From: Felis catus
Lineage: Eukaryota
Direction of reading: 5' to 3'
Length of the DNA stretch: 64,000 nucleotides
Assembly (NCBI RefSeq): GCF_018350175.1
Contig: NC_058368.1
Span: forward strand, 185,692,001 to 185,756,000
In this document: one piece after another, positions 26,730-38,924 of the stretch
How the letters are laid out: every line of letters begins with the position of its first letter
How positions within the stretch are numbered: position 1 is the stretch's first letter
Program-made: the position numbers and the translations under genes
The notes under the pieces: generated by a model
The model's input: only the letters and a program-made list of their open reading frames with translations
Database searches by the model: none
What the model was told of the DNA's origin: nothing

Positions 26730-27624
26730 AAAAATAATTAATTTCAGTCCTTTGGCTAAAACATAGGCTAGAGAATGCTTTGGAAATCAACAACCTCAAA
26801 ATCTCAATAGATGAAAACAATAGTAGTTTAGTTTTCCTTCATCCTCAAGTCCATCAAAGAGTGGAAGGGAACTCTAAGAAATGCTGTCCTTACTACGGGA
26901 CCTAGGGCATTGGGGGCTGGGGTTAAAGGAAATGATCACTTTTCAGCTATATACTTTTGTTTAATATATCTTTTGACAAAGAATACATACCATGTTCAGG
27001 GACTACTATGATTGAAAAGAATATTTTCCCAAGAATTCAGCAATGATTACATACAAAACCTACGTGAAGACTCATTATGAATATTGTTTCTTCTTTATAT
27101 TTATTTTCTTAATTAAAAATAATATTTTAGAGGATGATTCAACACTTTGCATTATGTTGAATATGTGTGGTACACTAAATGTTTATGAGGCCTATTTTTT
27201 TTTGCATGTAAGAGTTTTGCCCTCTCACTGAATCTTTGGGGAAAAATTGATTGCCTTAGTTTTCAAGCAAATGCCTCTTAGAAAGAAGTGAAAACTTAGA
27301 GGATTTTTCTTTTTTATAGCATCTAGCAAAACTTTACTCCATGCCATCTGCGAAAAGGGCCCTATTACAGCTAAAGCTATTATCTATAAATATTAAAGGA
27401 ACTCTTTTCTCATTCTTCCTGCTGGTAAAGTCTATGAAATTTGGAAATTACTAATGGCCAAAAGTTTTGCAGAAACTACGGGATGTCCAGAGGCATCTGG
27501 AAAACCCAAGAACCTTGAGATGAGCAGAGTTTATTTTCAAGGGAACTCTGAAATCTCCATTGAATGCAGTTGAAAGCACTATGGCATAAACAACATGTCA
27601 TTGGGAGTTTTAGTCTTTAATCAT

Positions 27625-27843
27625 TCTTTTTCTTTTTTTTTCCTTAAGTTTATTTATTTATTTAGAGAGAGACAGAGACAACACGAGCAATGGAGGGGCA
27701 GAGAGAGAAAGAGAGGGAGAATCCCAAGCTGGCTCTGCACTGTCAGCACAGAGCCCAATGTGGGGCTTGAACCCATGAAACTGAGATCATAACCTGAGCC
27801 TAAACCAAGAGTAGGACACTTACTGACTAGCCACCAAGGTGAC
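27625..27843 (-). mobile_element. CAN-SINE (older subfamily)
   Basis: agagaga...agaatcccaagc...cttgaacccatgaaactgagatcataacctgagc. Confidence 0.9.
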
Positions 27844-28511
27844 GGTTTGGTTTTTTTTCCCCTAAGTAATACCAGGCAGACTGGTAAAGATGAGAAACTA
27901 TTTTTTTTTCAGCAGTTTTATCTCCCTCTTTTTTCTTTTTTCTTTATTTTCTTCTCTTTCTCCTCCTCCTCCTCCTCCTTCTTCCTCTTCTTCCTCTTCT
28001 TTTATTCTGGTTGCTTGACTACAATCTTAGTTCCCCTTCACTATTAACCTTTTAAGAGAGGAAAAGTGATAATTATATTATTGTCTCTATACTTGATTCT
28101 CATTTTCAGAAAATGGTCCTTGCTGGCTAATTATATATCACTGATTCTTTTTTAAATTTGCAAATATGTACTATTTATCAAATAAAAAGGAATTGCATTC
28201 CATGTTCAGGGATATAAATTGTTTTGCTATTTTAACATGCTACCTTTCTTCATTTAACTGAGAAATCAGATTTATCATTGATTTTCAGTAAGTTATAGAA
28301 CTACATTCACCCTAGATGAATTAATTTTTCAAGGAAAATGTATGAAGCTCTGCGTGCTGCACAATGCTGAGCTAGGTTCTAGGGACACATGATCAATAAG
28401 ATGATACTGATAACATAGTCTATGTTTGGAATAACATTTGAGTAAGAATATATAGATAAATAAACTAAACATAAAAACATGTGGTAAATTTTAAACTAAA
28501 ATAGGGTATAA

Positions 28512-28752
28512 GGAGGGCACCTGGGTGGCTCAGTTGGTTGAGCCTCCGACTTTGGCTCAGGTCATGATCTTGTGGCTTGTGAGTTCAAGCCCCACGTTCG
28601 GCTCTGTGCTGACAGCTCAGAGCCTGGAGCCTGCTTCAGATTGTATTTCTCCCTATCTCTGCTCCTTCCCTGTGTTCATTCTCCCCCTCTCCTCTCTCTT
28701 TCCTTCCCTCCTTCCCTCTCTCTGTCTCAAAAATAAACATTAAAAAATTTTA
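28512..28752 (+). mobile_element. CAN-SINE
   Basis: SINEC head and body; TSD aaaatagggtataa / aaaatagggtgtaa. Confidence 0.95.
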
Positions 28753-29541
28753 AAAATAGGGTGTAATGAAAGCATCAAAGGGAAGACATCTTGAAAGTTC
28801 AGGTAAGACATGTACCTAGACTTGGGTGTTAGAGAACCAGAAGGTTTTAAACAGAAGGCATCATGCAGAATTATTGGACACTGATCCAAAGTCTTGATGT
28901 GGAGTTATCTTCCCACATCTACCCACAGAAAAACAAAGAAATACTCAATACCTTTCCTACATTTTTAATAATGAAAATTAACACCACTTATTTTGCATCT
29001 TTGTTGTTTTCTTTGACTCTTCCTCTTGAATTATATATTTGAAACTACCCAGTATAGTCCAGTTTACATTTATATTCAAAATTCCATTGGAATTTAGAAT
29101 AGGTCTTTTTGAAGTTTGAAATGATTTCAGAAGGACCAAGCAGAAGCAGCTGCTTCACATGTGATTCATTGTCCTCACAAGTTCATTATGAACTCCAGCA
29201 CACTGTCCATCACAGGAAGTAGGTCAAAGATTGCATTCTACAAGGGATGTAGGGATAAAACTGCTAAATCTCTAAAAGACAGTGGAAAGCTTCTCATCTT
29301 CCTTTTAGTCAAGGCTTTTATGTGATAACAGATTTTTGAAATAGCAAATAGACCTCAAAGTTGTGTCATAAGGGACTCAAAAAGATTCAATTGGGCAAAG
29401 ACATTGGGGAAAGTACTGCTTTCCACTCATTACAGTGTCCTTTTCTTTGTCAATTCATTCATTCAACACATACTTATTGATGTGATGATTACCAATACTT
29501 TGCCTAGATCAGGGATAAAGCATTGAACAGAGGCATATCCC

Positions 29542-29542
<1 letters not shown>

Positions 29543-29572
<30 letters not shown>

Positions 29573-29605
29573 CTTCTTCTTCTTCTTCTTCTTCTTCTTC
29601 TTCTT
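29543..29605 (+). repeat. (CTT)21 trinucleotide microsatellite at a SINE tail
   Basis: Pure 63-nt array, directly visible. Confidence 0.97.
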
Positions 29606-29788
29606 TTTTTAATGTTTATTTATTTTGAGAGGGAGAAAGCGTGAGCAGAGTAGAGGCAGAGAGAGATTGAGAGAATCCCAAACAGGTTCCATGCTCAATG
29701 CAGAGCAAGGACTCCATGTCACAGGAGATCATGACCTGAGCTGATACCAGGAGTCCGAGGCTTAACCAACTGAGCCAGGCAGGTGCCC
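29606..29788 (-). mobile_element. CAN-SINE
   Basis: SINEC motifs; TSD catatcccacttctt / caaatcccagttctt. Confidence 0.9.
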
Positions 29789-29959
29789 CAAATCCCAGTT
29801 CTTATGGGATCTATATTTTAATCATTGGGAGTGATAATAGACAAGTTAAATGAATGAATGAGTGAATGCCATAACTTCAGAAGATTATTATGAAATGACC
29901 CATGTTTAGAATGGAGGAACTGTTTTCTTACTGTCATAGATAAGTGTAGTGAATATTTG

Positions 29960-30435
29960 CTTTTTAAAAAAATCTGTATACACCCCTTCTTCTTATCAAA
30001 GAAGAATTTCACATAGCTTTGGTGAGAGGTTATACTTTACATTCTAGAACTGAAGCTTGAGTAATAAGATCCTCCCTCTCTCCAACCTAAGCCCTAGGGC
30101 ATAGCTTAGATTTAACTTAGCTTTGAGTTAGTTTAGCTTATTGGATACTCCTGTCTAGAATTTTTAATGTTGGTTAAATGATGTGGTAGAATACTTTTAG
30201 GAGACATTCGCTGTGTCAGTTACCACAGTGGTGCCTAAACCTTTCCTTTCAAAAAGAAAAAGTCTGTGTTTTTAGTAGCCATCTACCTTAACATGTGTCT
30301 TTATTTTGCTAAGCCTTGGTCTCCAAACTCCCATTGCTCTATAAACTCATAGTATTGCTTAAGTAGATAGTCATCCATTTGCTTACAGCTTCCAGAGTTG
30401 GTTTATGTTACTTGCCAGTAAAAGTATCTAAGTAC
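29960..30435 (+). mobile_element. Ancient ERVL/MaLR-type LTR (approximate)
   Basis: 3' end ccagagttggtttatgttacttgccagtaaaagtatctaag resembles old ERVL-group LTR ends. Confidence 0.45.
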
Positions 30436-30843
30436 TAGGTCAGGTACTTTTACCATTTAATGCATATCTCTCATACAAATAGATTTCTGATGCTCTAATG
30501 GTTGGAATTATCCCTGTTGTTCTGCCGTATTTCACATACTTGTTTCTCCCTTGAAAGCCCAGATATATGGGCCAAAGCACTTACATCTTTAATAACTTAG
30601 TTACTAGGGAAATAATTTACATAACAGGGAGTTTTGGCATGGGATCTTGGAGATATATTTTATTTCCCTAAAAGTCCATAATGTAGTAATGCCATGCTCC
30701 TCTTCCTATGATCTGTAGAAAATAAACATTTTATGATTTTGTTTCAGAAGTAACTCAGTTATTTCTACATATTCAGCAGTTTTTAAACTATTTTTAAAGA
30801 AACTATACATATGGATGAGCAAAAATATATTTTGATGATTTCT

Positions 30844-31066
30844 TTTTTTTAAGTTTATTTATTTATTTTGAGAGAGAGAGAGAGAGAGAGCGAGCGAGCA
30901 TGAGCAGGGGAGGGGTAGCGATAGGGAGAGAGAGAGAATCCGAAGCAAGCTCCACACTGTCAGTGCAGAACCCAATGTGGGGCTAGAACCCATGAACCAC
31001 AAGATCATTGACCTGAACCAAAATCAAGAGTTGGATGCTTCAGTGACTGAGCTATTCAGGCACCCC
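30844..31066 (-). mobile_element. CAN-SINE
   Basis: (GA)n, gaatccgaagcaagc, ...gactgagctattcaggcacccc. Confidence 0.93.
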
Positions 31067-31534
31067 TCTTTCGACAGTTTCTGAGTATTATCCCAGTACT
31101 TAGAACTTTGGAATTTATATTGTGTCTTATAGTATCACTATTTATAATCTACTGTATAACATATAGTATTTTATTATTGATATATATATTATTTAATATA
31201 AACATTAAGCTATTCTATTTTAACATTATAGTGTAAGACTGTAAATATTATCACAATTAAGTAGTTTGTGTTCTCTAGAGCCTTTAAAGTTTAGTTCATC
31301 ATACGCAGTTAGTAAGCAATTATTGAATACCTCCCTTGTATTGATATTCCTATGTGTGTATGATGTACCTCCCTTGTATTCCTTGCCTACAATATGTTTG
31401 CTAGAGAAAGAATACAAACTTAGAATGGAAGACATAGACAATAAATACCCTTGAGGAATTTAGGTGTTTTTCAGTTATTTAAAATACACAGCAGGTCATG
31501 TTTCAGAAAAAAAGAACATTTTGTACATATGAAA

Positions 31535-31692
31535 TGTGTATGTGTAATATATATGTGTGTATATATATATATATATTATGTAATATATGTGTATATATGT
31601 ATATATATATATATATTATGTAATATATGTGTATATTACACATACATATATATGTATATACATATATATTACACATACACACACACATACAT
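31535..31692 (+). repeat. Compound (TA)n/(TG)n/(CA)n microsatellite
   Basis: Directly visible. Confidence 0.9.
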
Positions 31693-33849
31693 AATTACAT
31701 AAATTTTTATACACATTCGTTGATTTTAAGTAGTATAATTAAAAAAATTATGTTGCTTTCTGGACCAGCAGTCTTTACATTTGGAAATATTTTCTGACCT
31801 TTTATAAAATAATTGTAATACCATGATACATATTTTAGTTTGAAATACTGCAAAGGTCATTTTCTTTTTGACATTTTCAAGAAAGGGATAGTTATAGAAA
31901 ACAAAGGGATTTTATGAGATGAAGTAGAAAATCAATTACAGAACTTGTTCTTTTAACTAGAATGCTTACCTTTTATTTCCTGACTCCTACTCAATTACTT
32001 TGTACACAAAGGGGGGAAAATCACAAATTGAAGATGAATGGTTCACTAAAATGTAGTTTTTTGTGATTGTTGATAAATAAGAAAGGAAAATTATCTCAGA
32101 GGATCTCATCCACTATGTTGGAGCAATTATTGTTGAAATTAAAATGAAATGGAAGATTGTGGGATGGGATGTGACTGATATACTCTGTTGGGTTTATTTT
32201 GATTGAAGCCCAAAGTACCGAATAATTGCTGATCTTTGACTTGTTTGTGATGTAGAAACAATAATGACAAATGAAGAATGCTTATGAGTAACTGATTAAA
32301 TAGAGATGGCAGCTGCCAAATCCAATGAATGTCAAATACGATTCAGCTCCCCTCTATCAACGGCCTACCATGGAAAAAACAGTGTTTATTCTAGGAATAG
32401 ACCATTTGAATCACCAGTTGACTCAAATGTGAAATATCCCATTGACTTTGGCTAAGAGGAATGCTGAATACTACAATTTTATTTTTGGTGCAGGGGATTT
32501 AGGATACTCTTTATGTTTTACTTAAATAGGTTTGAGTCCAGTAGCTTATGCTTGAAAGCAAAAGGCTCTAAACAAATGCCTGTTCAGGGAGGTAATGAAT
32601 GTATATTTAAATCAGTTCCTATTTTCTGAGGACCTATCAAGAGGAGCTATAAAGGAGAGGTATTCCTGGAGTAGTTGGAGACTATGGGAAAGTTACCCTA
32701 GAAAAATGAGATGATAAAAAATAGCATGCAACTCAACAGGTATATTCTTGAATTCTTGAATAGATTACCTGATCAAAATATGGTTTTCAGTTTTCCTGTT
32801 GGATTCTGTCAGATGGCAGACCTAGGCTTTGCATGTTTTAAAGAACTAAGGGTAAGAAGATCTGGGTTTGCGTTCTGGCTGTACTCTCATCTTTCCATGT
32901 GACATAAGGCCCGACCTTATGCTCTCTGATTCTCAGTAATATTCTAAGACTTCATTAAAATGAAGTTACTTCCATGTGAGTGCTGTCCATATATTCAGCA
33001 CATAATCTCAAAGTATCCTTTTAGCAACAGAATTATATAATACAGGCCAGGCATTGCCTGTAAGAGAAAGCATTGGAGGGATGTACATTCACGATTCTTT
33101 TCTCAAGAGTAAAGAAGTCTATAAAAGAGTCCTGTAATCAAGGAAATGTATTCTAGTAATGTTCTTTTTCATAAAATAGTAACCAGTAGGCAATATCACC
33201 ACATATAAGCTTCTCTGAAGGCAAAACCAGATATCCAAAGCTTTAAACTGGTGGGAGGTACCAAATACTGTATATAAGGAAATATTTACATATAATTTGC
33301 ATTTTAATATTTGTTTTCTTATTCATCCCTCCTCATTTTCAGTAGGCATGCATACCAATAGTGCTGTATTTGTTTATGTCTATCCAGTATGTGCTATCCA
33401 ATAATGGTACTATAACAATTGCTCAGTATTTTGAATATCATTTCTACTTCCTTCCATCCATGCATTAGTACAATACTTATTTGTTGATGGCTTTTTCTGT
33501 GCAAGCAGTATAATTGGTACTGGATTTATAGTTGTTAAAAAAGTAGATAACAGATAAAATCCTAGCTTTCATGGAGATCAAAACAAGACGTGCCAAGAGC
33601 TATAGAAAGGACTTCACATTTATTAGCTTTTTTAGCCTTCTCAACCGCTCTATAATATCATTGTAGTGAAATACTTCAGTTTACTACTGAGGATGCCAAA
33701 GCTTTTACCCAAGGTCACACTAGTTTCTATTAAAGACTTGGCCTATTGTTGAAAATGCCTTAAATAGGATGTTAATTTCCTATATTATAATAATCTAATA
33801 ACTTAATGTTGCATTTAGAAACCAAAATGTAAAATCCCAAAATTTTGCT

Positions 33850-34860
33850 CTGTTTGATTTATTTTTGGAAGTTCCAGTCACCCAGGGTTGACCTTTGGGT
33901 GTGGATGTAAAAGGGCCTGCACCCCTAAATAATGCTCCTGAATCTAATTTCTCTCTCTTGCGCCCAGCTCTCTTTCATTGTGGTGACTCTTTCCCAGAGA
34001 GGGCCTCTTCCCCTTGATCACATGTCAGACAGAGGTACCAGGGCCAAAATCTTTCCAACTTTATTTCTGGAGCAAAAAAGTGGGATCTTGTATTCTTAGC
34101 CCAGATCGTAAGATTTAAACTGACTTGATTTAAACTGTCCTGACTTGAACTGGCATGTTCTTATCCCGCTGCACATGAACTCAAAGTGTGTGCATGGGGG
34201 AGCAGCATCTCCTAAGAAAAACTGAATATGTTTGTAGAAGCAGAATACCTTCTTCATAGGCAACCATAAATGAACACTATACCCATAGTGTACCTGGTAT
34301 TCATTAGCTTTCCAGCTAGCTTCATTCCCCTTCTAGACAAGCCCAGTCTAAAAGTCTTTACCAGCTCCTGACACTCAGGATTGGCCAAGTTAGGACAGTA
34401 GAGAGAGAAGACCCACTTGAAACTTTGGACCACAGGAAGTTATAATCAAATGCACCATCACTCTAAGTAATTGCCAACGTACTTAAGACAGACCTGAGGC
34501 TTCCTCCCCATCCCCTCTCAGGAATTACTATGGTGAAGTACAAATGCTCTGACTTCTCTCTGAGGATTCTCTCTGGCTGTCCAAGTCTGTGCTCTCCCTA
34601 GGTCTCTGCAGGCTTGAAATGCCAGAGAATCAACGCTCAGCCAGTAATCCCCTGGTGAGATAACCCTGAGACACCTGTGCCATCCTGACCCCCTGCTTCA
34701 TCCCTGTAGGGTTAACATCCAGTTATTTGACATGAAAATGTATACTCTGTGATGGTCTTCCCTTTCTGTCTCACTTCCCTGATCTTCTGTTAATACCTTA
34801 GCAGGGTCAGCTCCCAAATAAGCTGTTTGTCCTCACGTAATCATCTTGGGATCTGAAAAT
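33850..34860. mobile_element. Two adjacent ancient LTRs (MLT1-like ~33850-34265; LTR16-like ~34285-34860)
   Basis: MLT1-like ggcatgttcttatccc...atctcctaagaaaaactg; LTR16-like end ctcccaaataagctgtttgtcctc...atcttgggatctg. Confidence 0.45.
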
Positions 34861-35992
34861 GTTTACATAATCAGTGGTCACATAGGATCTAGGTTTTTAA
34901 ATATGTTATGCAAATACTTATCTTCCATTGTCATAATCTTTTTTTAAGTATAAAAAAGCAAAGGGGAGAGAAATGCATGATTACCAGAAATCCACACAAC
35001 ATGTTCTTGTAACAAATACAAATGCTGTACCTTTATTATTCTGTACTCTATAGATAGAAAATATGAATAGTACCATCAGATAAAAATTTACAGATTGAGT
35101 TTCCAATCCTATCTTTTCTTCATAGTTAATTACCATAATTCCTCTTATGAAAAGGAGAATTTATAATAAGAGGAAAATCAAAGGGAGAATGAGACAGAAC
35201 TCACAAAGATGTAGAACTAGATACTAAATAAGTCAAATAAGTTTCATTAAACTCTGCTAATAATAATCATCCTTGAATATTTTTTAATAAAATAACTGGT
35301 AATTTATATAGGTATGTTTAAATGATATTGTTTTGGCCACTGAGTATGCCATGTATTTGGTTAACTCACTATTAAAGATCCACAAGAAGTCTTTTCTAAT
35401 TGAGACAGGCAACTAGCATTGAAATCATAATCATAACTTTCAGAGGGATAATTTTATTCTTCAAGTAGCCAAAATGTTTATAAAATGAGCTAAATAAAAA
35501 AGATTAAAAAATTGATAATTTTTCGATATTGGGTTAATTTGGTTCACCACATTTTTCTTAAATAAAAGTATAAAATCTAGAATATAACCATGCAGTTAGT
35601 CATTTTTCAGATTTAAGCATTATTTTCTTCAAAAATAAGCAACTCTGATAAAAATTCAAACCTTTTACCAATTTTAATGAAAAACATTTTAATAAAACAC
35701 TCGTGAAATATGCTAAGAGCTAAGTATAGTTGTTAGCTTGGTTATTCTTTAGCATTTTCTTCTTCAAAACAAAACTTTTGTTTCATTTAATGACATTATT
35801 TTGACTGCCTGAATTGTAATTTACTAAGATAAATCAATACATAAGAAAATAGTACCTTAAAAAACTATTCTTTAAGCAGAGACATAAATTTACACACACA
35901 CATAATAAACACATTTTGAATATATAAATATATATAATTATATATAATATATTTAATATATATAATATATAATATAATATATTAATATATAA

Positions 35993-36192
35993 AAGTTTAT
36001 TTATTTATTTTGAGAGAGAGAGAGAAAGCGAATGAGTGGGGGAGGGCAGAGAGAGAGAGAGAGAATCCCAAGCAGGTTTCACGTTGTCATACCAGAGCCC
36101 AACGCAGGTCTCAAACCCAGGGACTGCGAGATTGCGACTTGAGCTGAAACCAAGAATGAGACGTTTAACTGACTGAGCTAGCCAGGCACCCC
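35993..36192 (-). mobile_element. CAN-SINE with (TA)-rich tail at ~35920-35992
   Basis: SINEC motifs ending gactgagctagccaggcacccc. Confidence 0.93.
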
Positions 36193-36279
36193 TCAATGTA
36201 TATATACTTTTAAATGGAGGAAAAAGCACCTATACATACTCTATGCTTAAATTATCATAGATGACCAATGTATCATTCT

Positions 36280-37625
36280 ATTGTTTATTATAGATTTTTT
36301 TCTGAAATTATTCATTCTTTGAAAAAGTAATGGATGTTCATGACTTGTGATTTTAAAACACCATTCAGTAAATGCAAGTTCTTCTCACAACCTGCTCCCT
36401 GTCCCCTAGTACCATTATCCATTGACCACTAACTTTCCCACTTTTTTTTCACTCCCAGAAGTTGTCTATGCATATATAAGAACATAGAGATAAGTCGCCT
36501 TTAGCATCTAACACACGTGTTAACATACTGTACACGTTTTTTTTTACATTGTTCTTCTAATGTATCTTGGAGGTGGTGGCATCATACCATTGAAATGGCT
36601 CAGTTCTTCTTAAGCTACTTGATCATTTGACATTATATGAATATGCATGACTTATTTAACTAGATCTTTGCTGATGAATATTTTTGTTATTTCCAATCCC
36701 TTTCTGTCATTGAGATATTGTGATGAAATTTCTTCAATATACACCCATTAGTAAATCTTTTGGATACATTTCCAAGAATGGAGTTGGTTGTGAAGGCATA
36801 TGCATTTCGATTTTGTAAAGATATCATGGAATTGTCTTCCATGGTAGTTGAAACCATTTATTCTTCACAGTAATCAAAGGTGAGTTTGCCTTTTCCTCTC
36901 TGTCCTAACTGATATGATGACTTACTGAACTGTTTTATCTTTGCCAATCATGCAGTTTAAAAAATGGCAACTTGTGGCTTTAATTTGCAGTTCTTATGAG
37001 TAAGGACTTTTTTGTCAAAAGTTTAAAATTACTTACATTACTTTTCTTTGAGCTGTATTCCTATCATTGACTCATTTTTTTCTACTGAATGTTTTATGTA
37101 CATTTTTGTTTTATAAGAGTCCTTTATAGAGAAAATAAGCTCTTTAGACTGTTAGGAAATAGATTCTCTGAGTTTGTCCAGAATTTTAGGCTTTTTTGGT
37201 ATGTGGAGATTCTATCTATATCTATCTATCTATATGTATATGTATATGTGTATATATATATATGTAGATATAGATATACATATAGATATATATAAAGATA
37301 TATATAATCTCCACATACAAACACACATATATATATATATTTTAGTATGTGTGTGTATATATATATGTATATATATACATATATATGTGTATATACACAT
37401 ATATATATACACATGTACATATATATACACATATATATTTTCCCAAATACAGAAATGTTTTCCCCATATACTTGAGCTTATCATTTTTGAAAATTGTTTT
37501 TGATCCATACTTTAAAAGCTTTGCCACTGTAGGATTATTGTGAAAAAAAATTCTTCAGTGTTGTTGTGTTTTTTTAACTTTAAATCTTTGATTTGATTGG
37601 TATTTTCATAGTAGAACTGAGGTAA
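36280..37625 (-). mobile_element. Very old L1 (L1ME-like) fragment interrupted by a microsatellite
   Basis: tttgttatttccaatc...gatattgtgatgaa; ttgtggctttaatttgcag; atttttgaaaatt. Confidence 0.6.
37213..37438 (+). repeat. (TA)n-rich compound microsatellite
   Basis: Directly visible. Confidence 0.9.
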
Positions 37626-38924
37626 AGAGTTAATTTAGTACTGTCAAGATGGGTTCTTAAGGTATTCAGTGGTTCATAGACTAATGAGAAGAAAAATCAC
37701 ATTATGAGAGAAACTCACCAAGTATTGAAAAAAGAGTTTCCCTCCCAGATTAGAAGCAGACACAGTGCTTCTCAACAGGAGTCTCCCTTGTCCCTAAGAG
37801 TCTTGAATGATATAAACAGCTAGGATGATTTACTGCTCACTTCATCAGGTCCTGCTGGGCCTGCAAACCTGAGTTATTGCTATACAAAGCCCTCTTTCAT
37901 GAGTGGCTTTCATTATCCGTCCAAGAAAATGTATAGAAACAGGCAGTTTCCCTGTGAAAGCTCTGTGTTGGCAGGCGCCTGGTCTTACCTGTGGGAGAAG
38001 AGGAAGGTCAGTACCCAGCCATTCCTGAACCTTAACTCACCCTTCCCCTGAATCACCATTTCTCAGCTACCCATTTTCCTCAACAGAATATGTTGACTGC
38101 AACTTATTCCCAATTGCTTAAAATGACTGGAATCAAATACAAAATTTCCATGGATATTTAAACAGATTTCTGAACTCCTTTCTGGTTCGTTCCTCATTTC
38201 CTGTCTAGGCCTCTTTTGGTTCCATGCTGCTTCAACTATGGTAGCTTTATATTAGATTTTCTAAAATATATGCTAGTTATTCCTCCTCCTCCTCCTCCTT
38301 CAAGAGTCTTCATCATGTGCCTGTATGAATCTGTGTGTAGATATTTTTTACATAGATAGATTTTTTATATATCTTTTTTTTTTACTAATTTCCTTATACA
38401 TAAGAAAATTGATTATGAAAGAAATAAAATGTCTTACACCAGTTTCCATAGCTTATAGGTGCCAGACGAGGGACTTGAACTCCCTATCCTACCCCAAAAT
38501 CTGTATGTTGAGATTTTACATAACTGACAGTACCAGAAATGCTAGGATGTGTGATGGGAATTTTCCAAACTGAAAGATCTCCAGCAATAGAGGGAGATAA
38601 GGGGTCATGGAGCAAGTTGAAGTGTAAAGGTTTTTTGGGGGGAGGTGAGGAAGTGGGGTGGCTATGGAGATTTTGTCACAGAAAAGAATGTGGTGTGTGT
38701 GTGTGGGGGGGGGAAGGAACCGTCATCTCTGATATAAAACCTTGTCAGATGGGTAGAAAAGTTTTGTGTCCCAGGCCACTGCTTGATTTCAGCAGTTTGT
38801 AGTCTTAATAATGAAACTGTCATTAATACCTCTGTGTTCTGTGTATGAGTCGCATGCAGATACGTGCAAATGCATATATAACTAAGTAAAACAATTTTAT
38901 TATTTATTTTAAAATATTAGCAAG

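Noticed and set aside
37089..37543. Cluster of Tyr/Ile-rich ORFs on both strands (also 31451-31702 and 43884-44321)
   Set aside because: Translations of (TA)n/(CA)n microsatellites.
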